A stretch of DNA of 64,000 bases, from positions 1-64,000 of the IMG/VR virus record IMGVR_UViG_3300042922_000295, one strand, 5' to 3'. The number at the start of each line of letters is the position of its first letter. Within the stretch, counting starts at the first letter, position 1. Made by a program: the position numbers and the translations under genes. Below the pieces are notes generated by a model that saw nothing but the letters and a program-made list of their open reading frames with translations, did no database searches and was not told where the DNA came from. This document shows, piece by piece, positions 27,513 to 36,118 of this stretch. Source of the DNA: a virus.

Positions 27513-28113
27513 GCAGGGTAGGCCGCGCAACGCCAAGGCTGCTGAAGGTCTGATCAGCAAGCACCGTGTGGCGTGGCTGGAGACCTTCATCGGCCACGTC
27601 TACATCATGATGTATCCCGAGGGTCACGCCGACGAGACCGACGCACCCTCAGTCAAATCAGAACCCGGCCCGACACTCCGGCTGATGTTCGTCAAGAACG
27701 GGCGTCCGATCTACTGGACGCTCACGGCGCTGACATCAGATGAGCTCGACAAGCTCAAGACCCTTCTCGACATGGCCTTCGACATCGCTCGCCCGATAGT
27801 CGAGGAAAGAGACAAGGCGGCACAACATGCGTACGACACCCAGGGTGACGACTCTATCGCCCGACTCTATCGCGCAGTTTCGCGCCTCATTGTGCGCGAG
27901 GGGGCGATCACCGAAAACAGCACAAGCGTACGGCAGCGACCTGAAGACGATGCTGCTGGACCTGGAGGACCCGGAGATTCCGATGAAGGACTTCGAGTCA
28001 TCGGCCCAGAACTGGCTGACGTTCAACCGGAAGCTGGTGGGGTACAAGACGACGGGACGCAGGCTGACGAGTCTCCGGGCGTTCGCCCGGTGGGCTGGAT
28101 GGCCGACCTCTGA
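27505..28113 (+). CDS. Hypothetical protein whose 3' end overlaps the recombinase gene
   Basis: TTG start with GGAGG RBS; fills the 27.5-27.85 kb gap. Confidence 0.65.
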   Translation: MARQGRPRNAKAAEGLISKHRVAWLETFIGHVYIMMYPEGHADETDAPSVKSEPGPTLRLMFVKNGRPIYWTLTALTSDELDKLKTLLDMAFDIARPIVEERDKAAQHAYDTQGDDSIARLYRAVSRLIVREGAITENSTSVRQRPEDDAAGPGGPGDSDEGLRVIGPELADVQPEAGGVQDDGTQADESPGVRPVGWMADL

Positions 28114-28663
28114 CCTCGACGAGTACAAGGCGCCTTCTGCCCCGCCGACCCAGCCTCACCCGATCCCCGAGGGCGTGGACGGACTTCGTCGCATGGTTGC
28201 GGCGGCGCGAAAGCCGAGCCATCGTGCACTAGTGGCGTTGTGCGGTTTCATCGGCTGTCGAGTCGGCGAGGCTCTCTCTGTCCGACCTAGCGACATCGAC
28301 CTCGGGTCGATGGTCCTGAAGGTCGACGGCAAGGGCGACAAGATTCGCTTCGTCCCCATCTCCACCGAGGCGTGGGGGTACATGGCGGATGCAGTAACAG
28401 CAGCTTTCCTGAACGGTGACGAGCGAATCATCAACGTTCAGGAGCGGGTGGCACGTCAGAACATCACCACCCTCGCGAAGCGCGCCGGACTCTCCCGGCA
28501 CGTTTCCTCGCATGACCTGCGGTCGACGTTCTCGACCGCTGTGTACGACAAGACGGGCGACATCCGTCTTGTGCAGGAACTCCTCGGGCACTCGTCCGTG
28601 GAGACGACCCAGATCTACATTGGCGTCAAGCACCAGAAGATGCGCGACGCTGTGGAACTGTGA
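27845..28663 (+). CDS. Tyrosine recombinase, XerC/D-like (no arm-binding domain)
   Basis: GCRVGE, GKGDK, HDLR, LLGH, TTQIY: full catalytic set. Confidence 0.93.
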   Translation: MTTLSPDSIAQFRASLCARGRSPKTAQAYGSDLKTMLLDLEDPEIPMKDFESSAQNWLTFNRKLVGYKTTGRRLTSLRAFARWAGWPTSDLDEYKAPSAPPTQPHPIPEGVDGLRRMVAAARKPSHRALVALCGFIGCRVGEALSVRPSDIDLGSMVLKVDGKGDKIRFVPISTEAWGYMADAVTAAFLNGDERIINVQERVARQNITTLAKRAGLSRHVSSHDLRSTFSTAVYDKTGDIRLVQELLGHSSVETTQIYIGVKHQKMRDAVEL

Positions 28664-28678
28664 CGAAGGGAAGTGATC

Positions 28679-29908
28679 GTGAAGAAGCAGATCATCAGCA
28701 GCATCGCGGCCGTGGGCCTGGCCCTCGGTAGCATGCTGGCGGGGGCAAGCGTCGCCGCCGCCGAGGAGGCACCGTCGACCGGCGTGTGCGTCCCGGCTCC
28801 GGCAGTCCCCGCGACCACGGAGGAGCGTCTCGTCACCGAGGCGTGGGTCGAGACGATCGTGCACCCGGCCGTGACCGAGGAGGTCGAGCACGACGCTGTC
28901 TACGAGACGGTCGAGCACCCGGCCGAGACCGTCGACCACCCGGCCGAGACCGTCGACCACCCCGCCGTCTACGAGACGGTCGTCATCGTCGAGGCGCAGC
29001 CCGCCGTTCCGGAGGTTCCCGAGGTCAGCCACACGGACTACGTGTGGAAGAACTGGATCACCCAGGAGCGTCAGGTCACGCACGACTCCAACTCGCCCGG
29101 GTTCTTCTGGGCGAAGGTCGGCACCGAGAAGCATGTCACCCAGGAGTACGTCCCGGGCAAGCCCGCCGTCGAGGAGGTCACCGAGCAGCGTCTCGTCAAG
29201 GAGGCATGGAGCGAGACCGTCAAGGAGGCGTACACCGAGACGATCAAGGAGGCGTACACCGAGGAGGTGCTCGTCACCGAGGCCTGGACCGAGACGGTCG
29301 TCATCGTCGAGGCGCACACCGAGAAGATCGAGCACGACGCCGTCTACGAGACGATCGATCACCCGGCGGTCGAGGCGATCAAGTGCCAGGACGGTGTGAC
29401 GGTCACGGCCAGCACGCGGTGCCTCGACGGCACCGCCTACGTCGGCGTCCGTGTGGTCAACAACACGGGCGGCGCACTCACGGTGAAGTCCGGTCCGACG
29501 TCCGATGTCGCCTTCGCGGCGAACGAGGTCGCGGCGGGCGGGAACTTCTACCAGTCCTACAACCAGCGTGCCGCAACCCTGGACGCGGGCAAGGTCGTCG
29601 TCGCCCTGAAGAACGCGGGCGGCGCGTGGACGTCCACGGCGCGCTACACGTCCCTGGACTGCGAGGTCACGCCCGTGACGCCGGAGAGCCCGGCGCCCTC
29701 CAACGCGGCGCCCGCACCGGCGCCCACGGTGACGCAGGTCAGCAACCCGGTGGTCAACGAGGCGAACCCGACCGAGACGCTGTCGGCGCAGGAGGGTAGT
29801 ACGCTCGCCAGCACGGGAGCGAACACCCGCCTGTTCGGCATCGGCGCGGGCATCCTCATCCTCGGCGGTGTCGTCATCATGGCGACTCGCCGGTTCAGCA
29901 GCAACTGA
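28679..29908 (+). CDS. Secreted, sortase-anchored (LAxTG) surface protein
   Basis: Signal peptide, T/E/V-rich repeats, LASTG + hydrophobic helix + RR tail. Confidence 0.85.
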   Translation: MKKQIISSIAAVGLALGSMLAGASVAAAEEAPSTGVCVPAPAVPATTEERLVTEAWVETIVHPAVTEEVEHDAVYETVEHPAETVDHPAETVDHPAVYETVVIVEAQPAVPEVPEVSHTDYVWKNWITQERQVTHDSNSPGFFWAKVGTEKHVTQEYVPGKPAVEEVTEQRLVKEAWSETVKEAYTETIKEAYTEEVLVTEAWTETVVIVEAHTEKIEHDAVYETIDHPAVEAIKCQDGVTVTASTRCLDGTAYVGVRVVNNTGGALTVKSGPTSDVAFAANEVAAGGNFYQSYNQRAATLDAGKVVVALKNAGGAWTSTARYTSLDCEVTPVTPESPAPSNAAPAPAPTVTQVSNPVVNEANPTETLSAQEGSTLASTGANTRLFGIGAGILILGGVVIMATRRFSSN

Positions 29909-29922
29909 TCCATCCGCTCGAA

Positions 29923-29952
29923 GTCGGGCTGGAGCCTCGGTTCCAGCCCGGC
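29923..29952 (+). terminator. Stem-loop, probable terminator
   Basis: GTCGGGCTGGAGCC / GGTTCCAGCCCGGC. Confidence 0.55.
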
Positions 29953-30001
29953 CTCGGACTGATGTTATCAGCCCGACCCGACACAGCGAAAGGAGTTCCC
30001 G

Positions 30002-30244
30002 ATGGCCGAGAAGCTTCTGGTCTTCGAGAACAACCTCGGAGAGCGTGCGTTCATCAACGCGATCACCTCCGAGGTCAACCCGAGGTCCGGTCACCGCGAG
30101 GTGTACCTGAAGGGCTTCGACACGGAGGCAAAGCCGGTGTCCTACCCGGCTGACCTCCTCCTCGACGGACGCCTCCACGTCGAGCGCGGGATCGCGGTCC
30201 GGTGGCACTTCAAGCGATCGGAGTACACGGGTGCCGCAGGCTGA
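30002..30244 (+). CDS. Hypothetical protein
   Basis: AAAGGAG RBS. Confidence 0.8.
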   Translation: MAEKLLVFENNLGERAFINAITSEVNPRSGHREVYLKGFDTEAKPVSYPADLLLDGRLHVERGIAVRWHFKRSEYTGAAG

Positions 30245-30968
30245 CGCCGCCTACGATCTCCGGTACACCGACCGGGACGTACGGGAGGACCCCCGTCTGA
30301 CCGAGCTGGCCATCGCCTACCTCGGTCAGTACGGCGGGGACTTCGAACCACTCGTGGGCGCGCAGCGCATGCTGCGCGCTCGCGGGGGGCTCACCACGGC
30401 AGTGACACGCAAGGTGTTGAACTGCATGCGCCACGACTGGAACGTCGCAGGCGAACTGCCCGAGCCCAAGGGCTACAGCCTAGGGAGCAACGTCGTGCCT
30501 TTCCCGAAGCAAGAGCCCGAGCCCGAGCCGCCACCGCCGCTCGGTAGCCCGAGGTGCAACATCAAGGCGCTGCATCATTCTCACAGCGTCCCGGCCCTCT
30601 TCGAGAACCAGTACCGTGGCTGGTGCCCAGGCGTGCGAAACGAGCGAGAGGTTCTCATTCGCCCCGCCAGGGTTAAGCACGAGTTTCTCATCGGCAAGAC
30701 GGGGCGCCTGATTCACAGACTCAATCCGTGGCACCCACCCGTCGTCATCTGGGAGCCCAACCAGTATGACGACACGGGGTGGGACAAGGTCTACCTCAAG
30801 GTATGGACGCAGTGCAAGAACCCGGGCAACATCAAGTCGCCCATCGTCATGTCGTACTTCGAGGCTGCATCGCTGTGGGCGACGGGCGAGCGTAACATCG
30901 GATACGCAAAGCCGGTCGCGCTGAGCCTGTGCATGAACTGCTTTCCCAGGGGAGATCTGAATGCGTGA
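30231..30968 (+). CDS. Hypothetical protein
   Basis: GGAG RBS, coupled. Confidence 0.75.
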   Translation: MPQADAAYDLRYTDRDVREDPRLTELAIAYLGQYGGDFEPLVGAQRMLRARGGLTTAVTRKVLNCMRHDWNVAGELPEPKGYSLGSNVVPFPKQEPEPEPPPPLGSPRCNIKALHHSHSVPALFENQYRGWCPGVRNEREVLIRPARVKHEFLIGKTGRLIHRLNPWHPPVVIWEPNQYDDTGWDKVYLKVWTQCKNPGNIKSPIVMSYFEAASLWATGERNIGYAKPVALSLCMNCFPRGDLNA

Positions 30969-31131
30969 GTTCGCGCTCATGAACGGTGACACGGTGGTAA
31001 ACATCGTGCTCACCAACAAGACCAAGGAGCAGGTGGAGCGCACCGCCTCGGAGGGCTACAAGGTGGTCCCCATCGAGATGGTGCCGCGTGCTTCGCTGAC
31101 CCGCTACAAGTACTGGAAGGAGCGGTCCTGA
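30961..31131 (+). CDS. Small hypothetical protein (56 aa)
   Basis: GGGAG RBS, fills gap. Confidence 0.7.
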   Translation: MREFALMNGDTVVNIVLTNKTKEQVERTASEGYKVVPIEMVPRASLTRYKYWKERS

Positions 31132-31395
31132 ATGGACATGGCCCAGGCCCTGGAGTGGGCTGCCAAGTTCGCTGAGGACACCAAGCTGTTCGAGCCGGTC
31201 CTCAACGCTCGCGGCTACGCGGACGGCTGGAAGCCGCCGGACCCGCACGACAAGTCGGTCATCATCACCGAGCTCGCCAAGACGGTGGTGACCCCGGTCG
31301 TGAGCCTCAACGACGTGTCCAACGTCTGCATGCACGGCGCGCTCATCTGTGCACCGTGTGACTTCATCCCGCCCTCGTGGCGCCCGAGCGAGTGA
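31132..31395 (+). CDS. Hypothetical protein
   Basis: AAGGAG RBS. Confidence 0.75.
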   Translation: MDMAQALEWAAKFAEDTKLFEPVLNARGYADGWKPPDPHDKSVIITELAKTVVTPVVSLNDVSNVCMHGALICAPCDFIPPSWRPSE

Positions 31396-31403
31396 GGACA
31401 GGA

Positions 31404-32213
31404 ATGGCAGAGACAACGACCGCCGAAAAGTTCTGCACCAAGAAGGTCAAGAACGAGTACGGCGAGCAGGTGCCCTGCGGGCAGCGCCTGAAGGGGGAGT
31501 GCCGGAACCGCAAGAACCACGTCGGCAAGTACAAGACGGGGTTCTGCTCGAACGGGTTCTGCGAGGGGGTGAGTGTCAAGTCCCCTCGCACCGGCAAGCC
31601 GATGAAGCACTGCGAGGCATGGCAGACGTGCGGGTGCCAGTGCCACGTCGGCGTCGACAAGCTCTTCATCATGACGAAGATGCCTCGCGTCCACCAGGAC
31701 ATGTCCGGCTACAGCCCGCCGCACAGCCCGTACAAGATGCCGACCGCCGAGGAGCGTGCACTGCTGCACGCCGCCGCGAAGTCGAGCACGCCCGACAAGC
31801 CCGTAGTCGTCATCGAGTCGCCCGCCCCCGGGCTGGTTCCCCCGACGATCCAGCGCGAGTTCAAGGAGACTCCGACCGGCCGCGCCGGGCGCGGTCAGCT
31901 CGAATACCGGGTGAAGGAGTTCTGCGACGAGTACCTGGTCGCCACGCTGGACCTCGCCTGCACACCGAAGGCCGTGGCCGAGGGCATCGCGAAGAAGTAC
32001 GGGATCGAGCCGCCGAGCCAGGGTGCCGTCGATGCCGTGTTCAAGCGGTGGGTCGCGCTCGACTTCGCCATGGTCGCGAGCAAGCCGACGCGCTTCATCG
32101 GGTACACGCCCGAGGGCGCGAAGCTCGGCCTGGAGGCCATGAAGGTCCAGGCCAAGCAGCGTGCCAAGTCGAAGGAAGCGGAGTCAGCGCGCACCTTGCG
32201 TCCGCGCAAGTAA
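31404..32213 (+). CDS. Cys-rich zinc-binding protein with C-terminal winged-helix-like domain
   Basis: N-terminal Cys cluster; TPKAVAEGI...PSQGAVDAVFKRW. Confidence 0.75.
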   Translation: MAETTTAEKFCTKKVKNEYGEQVPCGQRLKGECRNRKNHVGKYKTGFCSNGFCEGVSVKSPRTGKPMKHCEAWQTCGCQCHVGVDKLFIMTKMPRVHQDMSGYSPPHSPYKMPTAEERALLHAAAKSSTPDKPVVVIESPAPGLVPPTIQREFKETPTGRAGRGQLEYRVKEFCDEYLVATLDLACTPKAVAEGIAKKYGIEPPSQGAVDAVFKRWVALDFAMVASKPTRFIGYTPEGAKLGLEAMKVQAKQRAKSKEAESARTLRPRK

Positions 32214-32362
32214 CCGCTCCACGCCGATAGCATCCCTCGCTAGACGGCGACCGGGCGCATGCCCTAGACTATGACCTGCCGCCGTACTGTGTCGGGTCGA
32301 TGGCATCCGCCGAGGGTCACGCTTAATCAGCGTGGCCCTCGGCTTCTCTGTGAGGAGGAAAC

Positions 32363-32665
32363 GTGGCAGACAATCGCGGCCAAGGGGTCAACCTTCCGGC
32401 GCCTAACGTCGGACTGCCTCCGCGCCCGTTCCTGTACACGATCGATCAGCTCGCGGTCGTGCTGAACATGCGCGAGGAGAACATCAAGAACCGCTACCTC
32501 TACCTCGAAGGGCGCAGTATCGGCGTCCGGAGGAAGGATCTCATGGTGGCGCGGAACATCGCACTGCGGGAAGAGAAGCCCGACTGGCGGGTGACCGAGC
32601 GCGAGTTCATCCGGTGGATGAAGCTCAAGGGCTTCAAATACTACGAACGAGGTACCTTCGCCTAG
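32363..32665 (+). CDS. HTH DNA-binding protein (excisionase-like)
   Basis: LYTIDQLAVVLNM...WRVTEREFIRWM. Confidence 0.7.
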   Translation: MADNRGQGVNLPAPNVGLPPRPFLYTIDQLAVVLNMREENIKNRYLYLEGRSIGVRRKDLMVARNIALREEKPDWRVTEREFIRWMKLKGFKYYERGTFA

Positions 32666-32714
32666 TAGCCGATAGCGCGCCGTGACGTGCACGAACGTAT
32701 GGGATGGTACGGTT

Positions 32715-33167
32715 ATGAACATGCCGGAGCCCCAGCCTGGACCGCTACGTAAGGCGCTGAACTACGCCGAGAACGACCTCGGAGTGCACGCGGCTTACGA
32801 GGAGGCCAACAAGGCAAAGGCCACACTGGAGGCCGATCTGGACCTCCTTGCACAGGCTCGCAGTGGCAAGCGCGAGCTGGAACAGAAGATTGCCGACAGG
32901 GAGATGGAGCTCGTCATCGACGAGACTTCCAAGCACCCGAGCATGTCGGTAGCGGCCATGGAGCGTCACCTCAAGGTGGTGGTCCACACGGATGAACCGA
33001 TGCGGAGCCTGAAGCAGGGCCTGTCCAATCAAGCCCTAGCCCTTGACCTGGCCGAATCAAGGGTGAAGTCATCCGACGCAGCGGTTCGGATTGCAGTCGC
33101 TCGCCTGAGTGAGTTGGGTGGATATCTCACCTACCTCGCTGCAATCAAGTCAGCCCAGAAAGCGTAG
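32715..33167 (+). CDS. Coiled-coil hypothetical protein
   Basis: Helical composition; lies before SSB-like gene. Confidence 0.75.
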   Translation: MNMPEPQPGPLRKALNYAENDLGVHAAYEEANKAKATLEADLDLLAQARSGKRELEQKIADREMELVIDETSKHPSMSVAAMERHLKVVVHTDEPMRSLKQGLSNQALALDLAESRVKSSDAAVRIAVARLSELGGYLTYLAAIKSAQKA

Positions 33168-33181
33168 AAAGCGAGAACGGA

Positions 33182-34342
33182 ATGACAGTCGACACGGTCG
33201 GCAACGCAGGGGCCGTCGGCGCCTGGTCGCAGGGTGACCAGGGGGTCGCGGGCCTGGAGGACATCGGTGCGGAGGACTTCAGCGTCCCCCGGCTGAAGAT
33301 CATGCAGCGGGAGTCGCGGTTCAAGCTCCCGGACGGTTCCGAGCTGCAGCAGCTCGACTGCATCCTGCTCGGCATGACCAAGCAGCGCATCATGTGGTAC
33401 AGGGACCTGGAGGACAACGACAAGCCGCAGTGCAAGTCCCCGGACTTCCAGCACGGCTTCCCGAACATCGGGCGCGGTCGTCCCCAGACGCACTTCCCGT
33501 TCTCGATCACGCCCTTCACGCCGGAGTCGCTCCGGCCGGTCGAGGAGCCGCCGTCGTACGAGTGGCAGGACGGGTACTCGTCCAACGGTCACCCGGTCAT
33601 CGCCTGCTCCACGTGCCCGCTCAAGGAGTGGGGCAAGGACTCGTCGGGCAAGTCGACGCCCCCGCCGTGCTCGGAGCAGCACACGTACGCGCTGCTCTAC
33701 ACCACGGACCAGGGTCAGAGCTGGTTCCCGGCGATCCTCACGCTCCAGAAGACCGGCATCAAGCCCTCGAAGAACTACATCCAGGGCTTCGCGCAGCGTC
33801 GGCTCCCGCTGTTCTCGGCGCAGACCCGCATCACGCTGCGCGGCGAGAAGCGCGGCATGGTCGAGTACTCCGTGCCGACGTTCGAGAAGATCGGTGACAA
33901 CGATCCTTCGATGGCGGCGGAGTTCGCGGACAAGGGTCGGGCCATCCGCGACTTCCTCCGGGCGGCTCCCCGTCCGAACGAGGTCGAGGCAGCTCCGGAG
34001 TCGAACCCGGGCGCGGCAGACCCGTGGGCGACGGACGGTCAGCGTCCGGCACCCGCACCGGCTCCCGCCCCGGCACCGGCAGCCCCGGCACCCGCCGCAC
34101 CGGCACCGGCAGCGGTCGCTGCTGCCCCTGTGGCGCCCGCTCCGGCCGCACCGGCACCCGTGGCACCGGCAGCCCCGGCTGCGCCCGCACCGGCCGCTCC
34201 GGCGCCGCCCGTGGCACCCGCCGCGACGGCGCCCACGGCCCCGGCAGCGCCGCCCACGCCGACGCCCGCGCCGCCCTCCATGCCCGCCATGGCGACGCCT
34301 CCTCCGGCGTCGGAGGACGACGACGACGAGATTCCCTTCTGA
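33182..34342 (+). CDS. Probable ssDNA-binding/recombination protein
   Basis: VPRLKIMQ, CKSPD, CSTCPLKEW core; Pro/Ala linker; acidic tail EDDDDEIPF. Confidence 0.7.
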   Translation: MTVDTVGNAGAVGAWSQGDQGVAGLEDIGAEDFSVPRLKIMQRESRFKLPDGSELQQLDCILLGMTKQRIMWYRDLEDNDKPQCKSPDFQHGFPNIGRGRPQTHFPFSITPFTPESLRPVEEPPSYEWQDGYSSNGHPVIACSTCPLKEWGKDSSGKSTPPPCSEQHTYALLYTTDQGQSWFPAILTLQKTGIKPSKNYIQGFAQRRLPLFSAQTRITLRGEKRGMVEYSVPTFEKIGDNDPSMAAEFADKGRAIRDFLRAAPRPNEVEAAPESNPGAADPWATDGQRPAPAPAPAPAPAAPAPAAPAPAAVAAAPVAPAPAAPAPVAPAAPAAPAPAAPAPPVAPAATAPTAPAAPPTPTPAPPSMPAMATPPPASEDDDDEIPF

Positions 34343-34370
34343 TCGTCGAGGGGTAATTCGTCAGTAAGAC

Positions 34371-34415
34371 CAGGGCGGTCCCGGTGTGCATCCCCACACC
34401 ACCGGGACCGCCCTG
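34371..34415 (+). terminator. Stem-loop, probable terminator
   Basis: CAGGGCGGTCCCGGTG / CACCGGGACCGCCCTG. Confidence 0.65.
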
Positions 34416-34443
34416 CCCATGATCCGACGAAAGTAGAGGTGCT

Positions 34444-35001
34444 ATGGACATCAACATGTACGTCCAGGACCAGATCAACCAGGTGAACGACACCCTGGAC
34501 TCCCTGGACAACGAGTCGCTCGCCGTCATCGGGCAGCTCGTCAGCGCAATCGTCCTCGGCCACGAGGGCCTCGGGCACTACTGGAAGGGCACCATCGACG
34601 CACGCCTCCGGGCACGCGGCGCCTGCCTCGGCTGCGGCGGAGACCCGCTGCGTCACGCACACGACATGGACGGCCAGATCGTCCCGCTGGACGAGGACGA
34701 GCCTGTTGCGGCGCAGGGTGACTCGTATAAGCACTTCCAGAGCGAGCCCAAGGAGGTCGCGGAGTACCTCCAGGGAACGCTGTTCGACGACCCCGCAGAC
34801 ATCGTTCCGGGTGACCCCATCGCGAACATGAAGGCCAACGCCTTGGAGTGGGGAGTCACCTTCGCGGACGAGGGCAACCTCTTCGGTCCGGTCATCTGCG
34901 ATGGCTGCGGCCAGGAGTACGTGTCGCTGGAGGACCGCATGCTCCGCCCGCCCGGCCTCGACGGGTGCCACTTCTGCCAGCTCAAGTCGCGGCTCGGCTG
35001 A
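34444..35001 (+). CDS. Hypothetical zinc-binding protein
   Basis: GAGGT RBS; three CxxC. Confidence 0.8.
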   Translation: MDINMYVQDQINQVNDTLDSLDNESLAVIGQLVSAIVLGHEGLGHYWKGTIDARLRARGACLGCGGDPLRHAHDMDGQIVPLDEDEPVAAQGDSYKHFQSEPKEVAEYLQGTLFDDPADIVPGDPIANMKANALEWGVTFADEGNLFGPVICDGCGQEYVSLEDRMLRPPGLDGCHFCQLKSRLG

Positions 35002-35159
35002 TGGACTGGCTCGCACTGCTCGGCAGTGTCGTCACGTTCGGGATCGGCTGGCACATGGGTAGCCTCAAGGGCTACAAGATCGGCGTCAAGTCTGGCACCG
35101 AGCGAACCACGCAGGCCATCACCGAGGGCTACATGCTGATTCCCCGGAGGAAGCGATGA
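35001..35159 (+). CDS. Small membrane protein
   Basis: TGATG coupling; N-terminal TM. Confidence 0.7.
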   Translation: MDWLALLGSVVTFGIGWHMGSLKGYKIGVKSGTERTTQAITEGYMLIPRRKR

Positions 35160-35410
35160 ACCAGGGTCGACGCAGGCGCAACGGACAGATCGACCGCAAG
35201 CGCATGACGTGCGCTCACTGCCTGCAGGGCAACTGCATGCGGTGCGTCGACGTCGTCCGAGTGGCGTTCGACATGAAGCCTCTGTGCACCTGCACGGCCA
35301 AGGACCACGGTGGCGAGCCTGCTGCGAAGCAGATCGAAGACCCTTTCACCGGCGACGTTCACGCGCCGGGAATGGTCATCAAGAAGGATGGGGAGGTGGA
35401 GCGGAAGTGA
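35156..35410 (+). CDS. Small Cys-rich protein
   Basis: ATGA overlap. Confidence 0.75.
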   Translation: MNQGRRRRNGQIDRKRMTCAHCLQGNCMRCVDVVRVAFDMKPLCTCTAKDHGGEPAAKQIEDPFTGDVHAPGMVIKKDGEVERK

Positions 35411-35667
35411 AGTGCGCGCTGTGTGGTAACCCGATCCTGGACGGTGGCGAGGTTGCCGTCGAGGTCAAGGGCTGGGTCAGCGGGCCGAAGCGGGACTCGA
35501 TGCGACTCCGCGCCGAGACCGGCAGGAAGGCGCACGAGCACTGCGTCACCATCGTGGCCGCAGGCCAGGACCCCGTCCAGCCCGACCTGTTCGAGCCGGA
35601 GGGTCGGCTCGCAACGGCGGCGACCCAGAACACGGTCACAACCGAGAACCTGGAGGACATGCTGTGA
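35407..35667 (+). CDS. Small zinc-binding protein
   Basis: CALC...HEHC; QPDLF motif. Confidence 0.75.
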   Translation: MKCALCGNPILDGGEVAVEVKGWVSGPKRDSMRLRAETGRKAHEHCVTIVAAGQDPVQPDLFEPEGRLATAATQNTVTTENLEDML

Positions 35668-35836
35668 AGGGCATGAGCACGGTATTCGAGTTCGAGAGGG
35701 GCGAGGCGACGCCGCAGGCTGTCTCCCAAGTCCTGTCGGACATCCCCGAGGGCGCCACCATGAAGGTGCTGTCCTACATGAACGGTGACCTCCGCAAGAT
35801 CACCGTCACCTTCCCGTTCGACACCCCGCCTGCAGC

Positions 35837-36118
35837 ATGAGCGAGCAGGCGAACCCCCGCGAGGGGGAGTACGAGGCGGCAGCCTACATCTACTACGACG
35901 ACAAGCTCAACGAGGTCTTCAGGTCGTCGCAGCCGAAGTCGGACGCCGAGGCGAAGGATCACTACTACGACCTCTTCGAGCGCGAGCCCGCGTTCATCCA
36001 CGCCCGCCGCTTCGACGGCAAGCACGAGGCGCTGGAGTTCAACCCGGACGAGTACTACGAAGAGCCGACACCCGAGGAGCGAGAGGAGCTGGACGGCCTT
36101 GGCAGTAGCAACGCCTGA
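35837..36118 (+). CDS. Acidic hypothetical protein
   Basis: GC3 bias, coupled. Confidence 0.7.
   Translation: MSEQANPREGEYEAAAYIYYDDKLNEVFRSSQPKSDAEAKDHYYDLFEREPAFIHARRFDGKHEALEFNPDEYYEEPTPEEREELDGLGSSNA

Noticed and set aside
34045-34310. GCACCG-type tandem repeats
   Set aside because: Explained by the Pro/Ala linker of the SSB-like protein.
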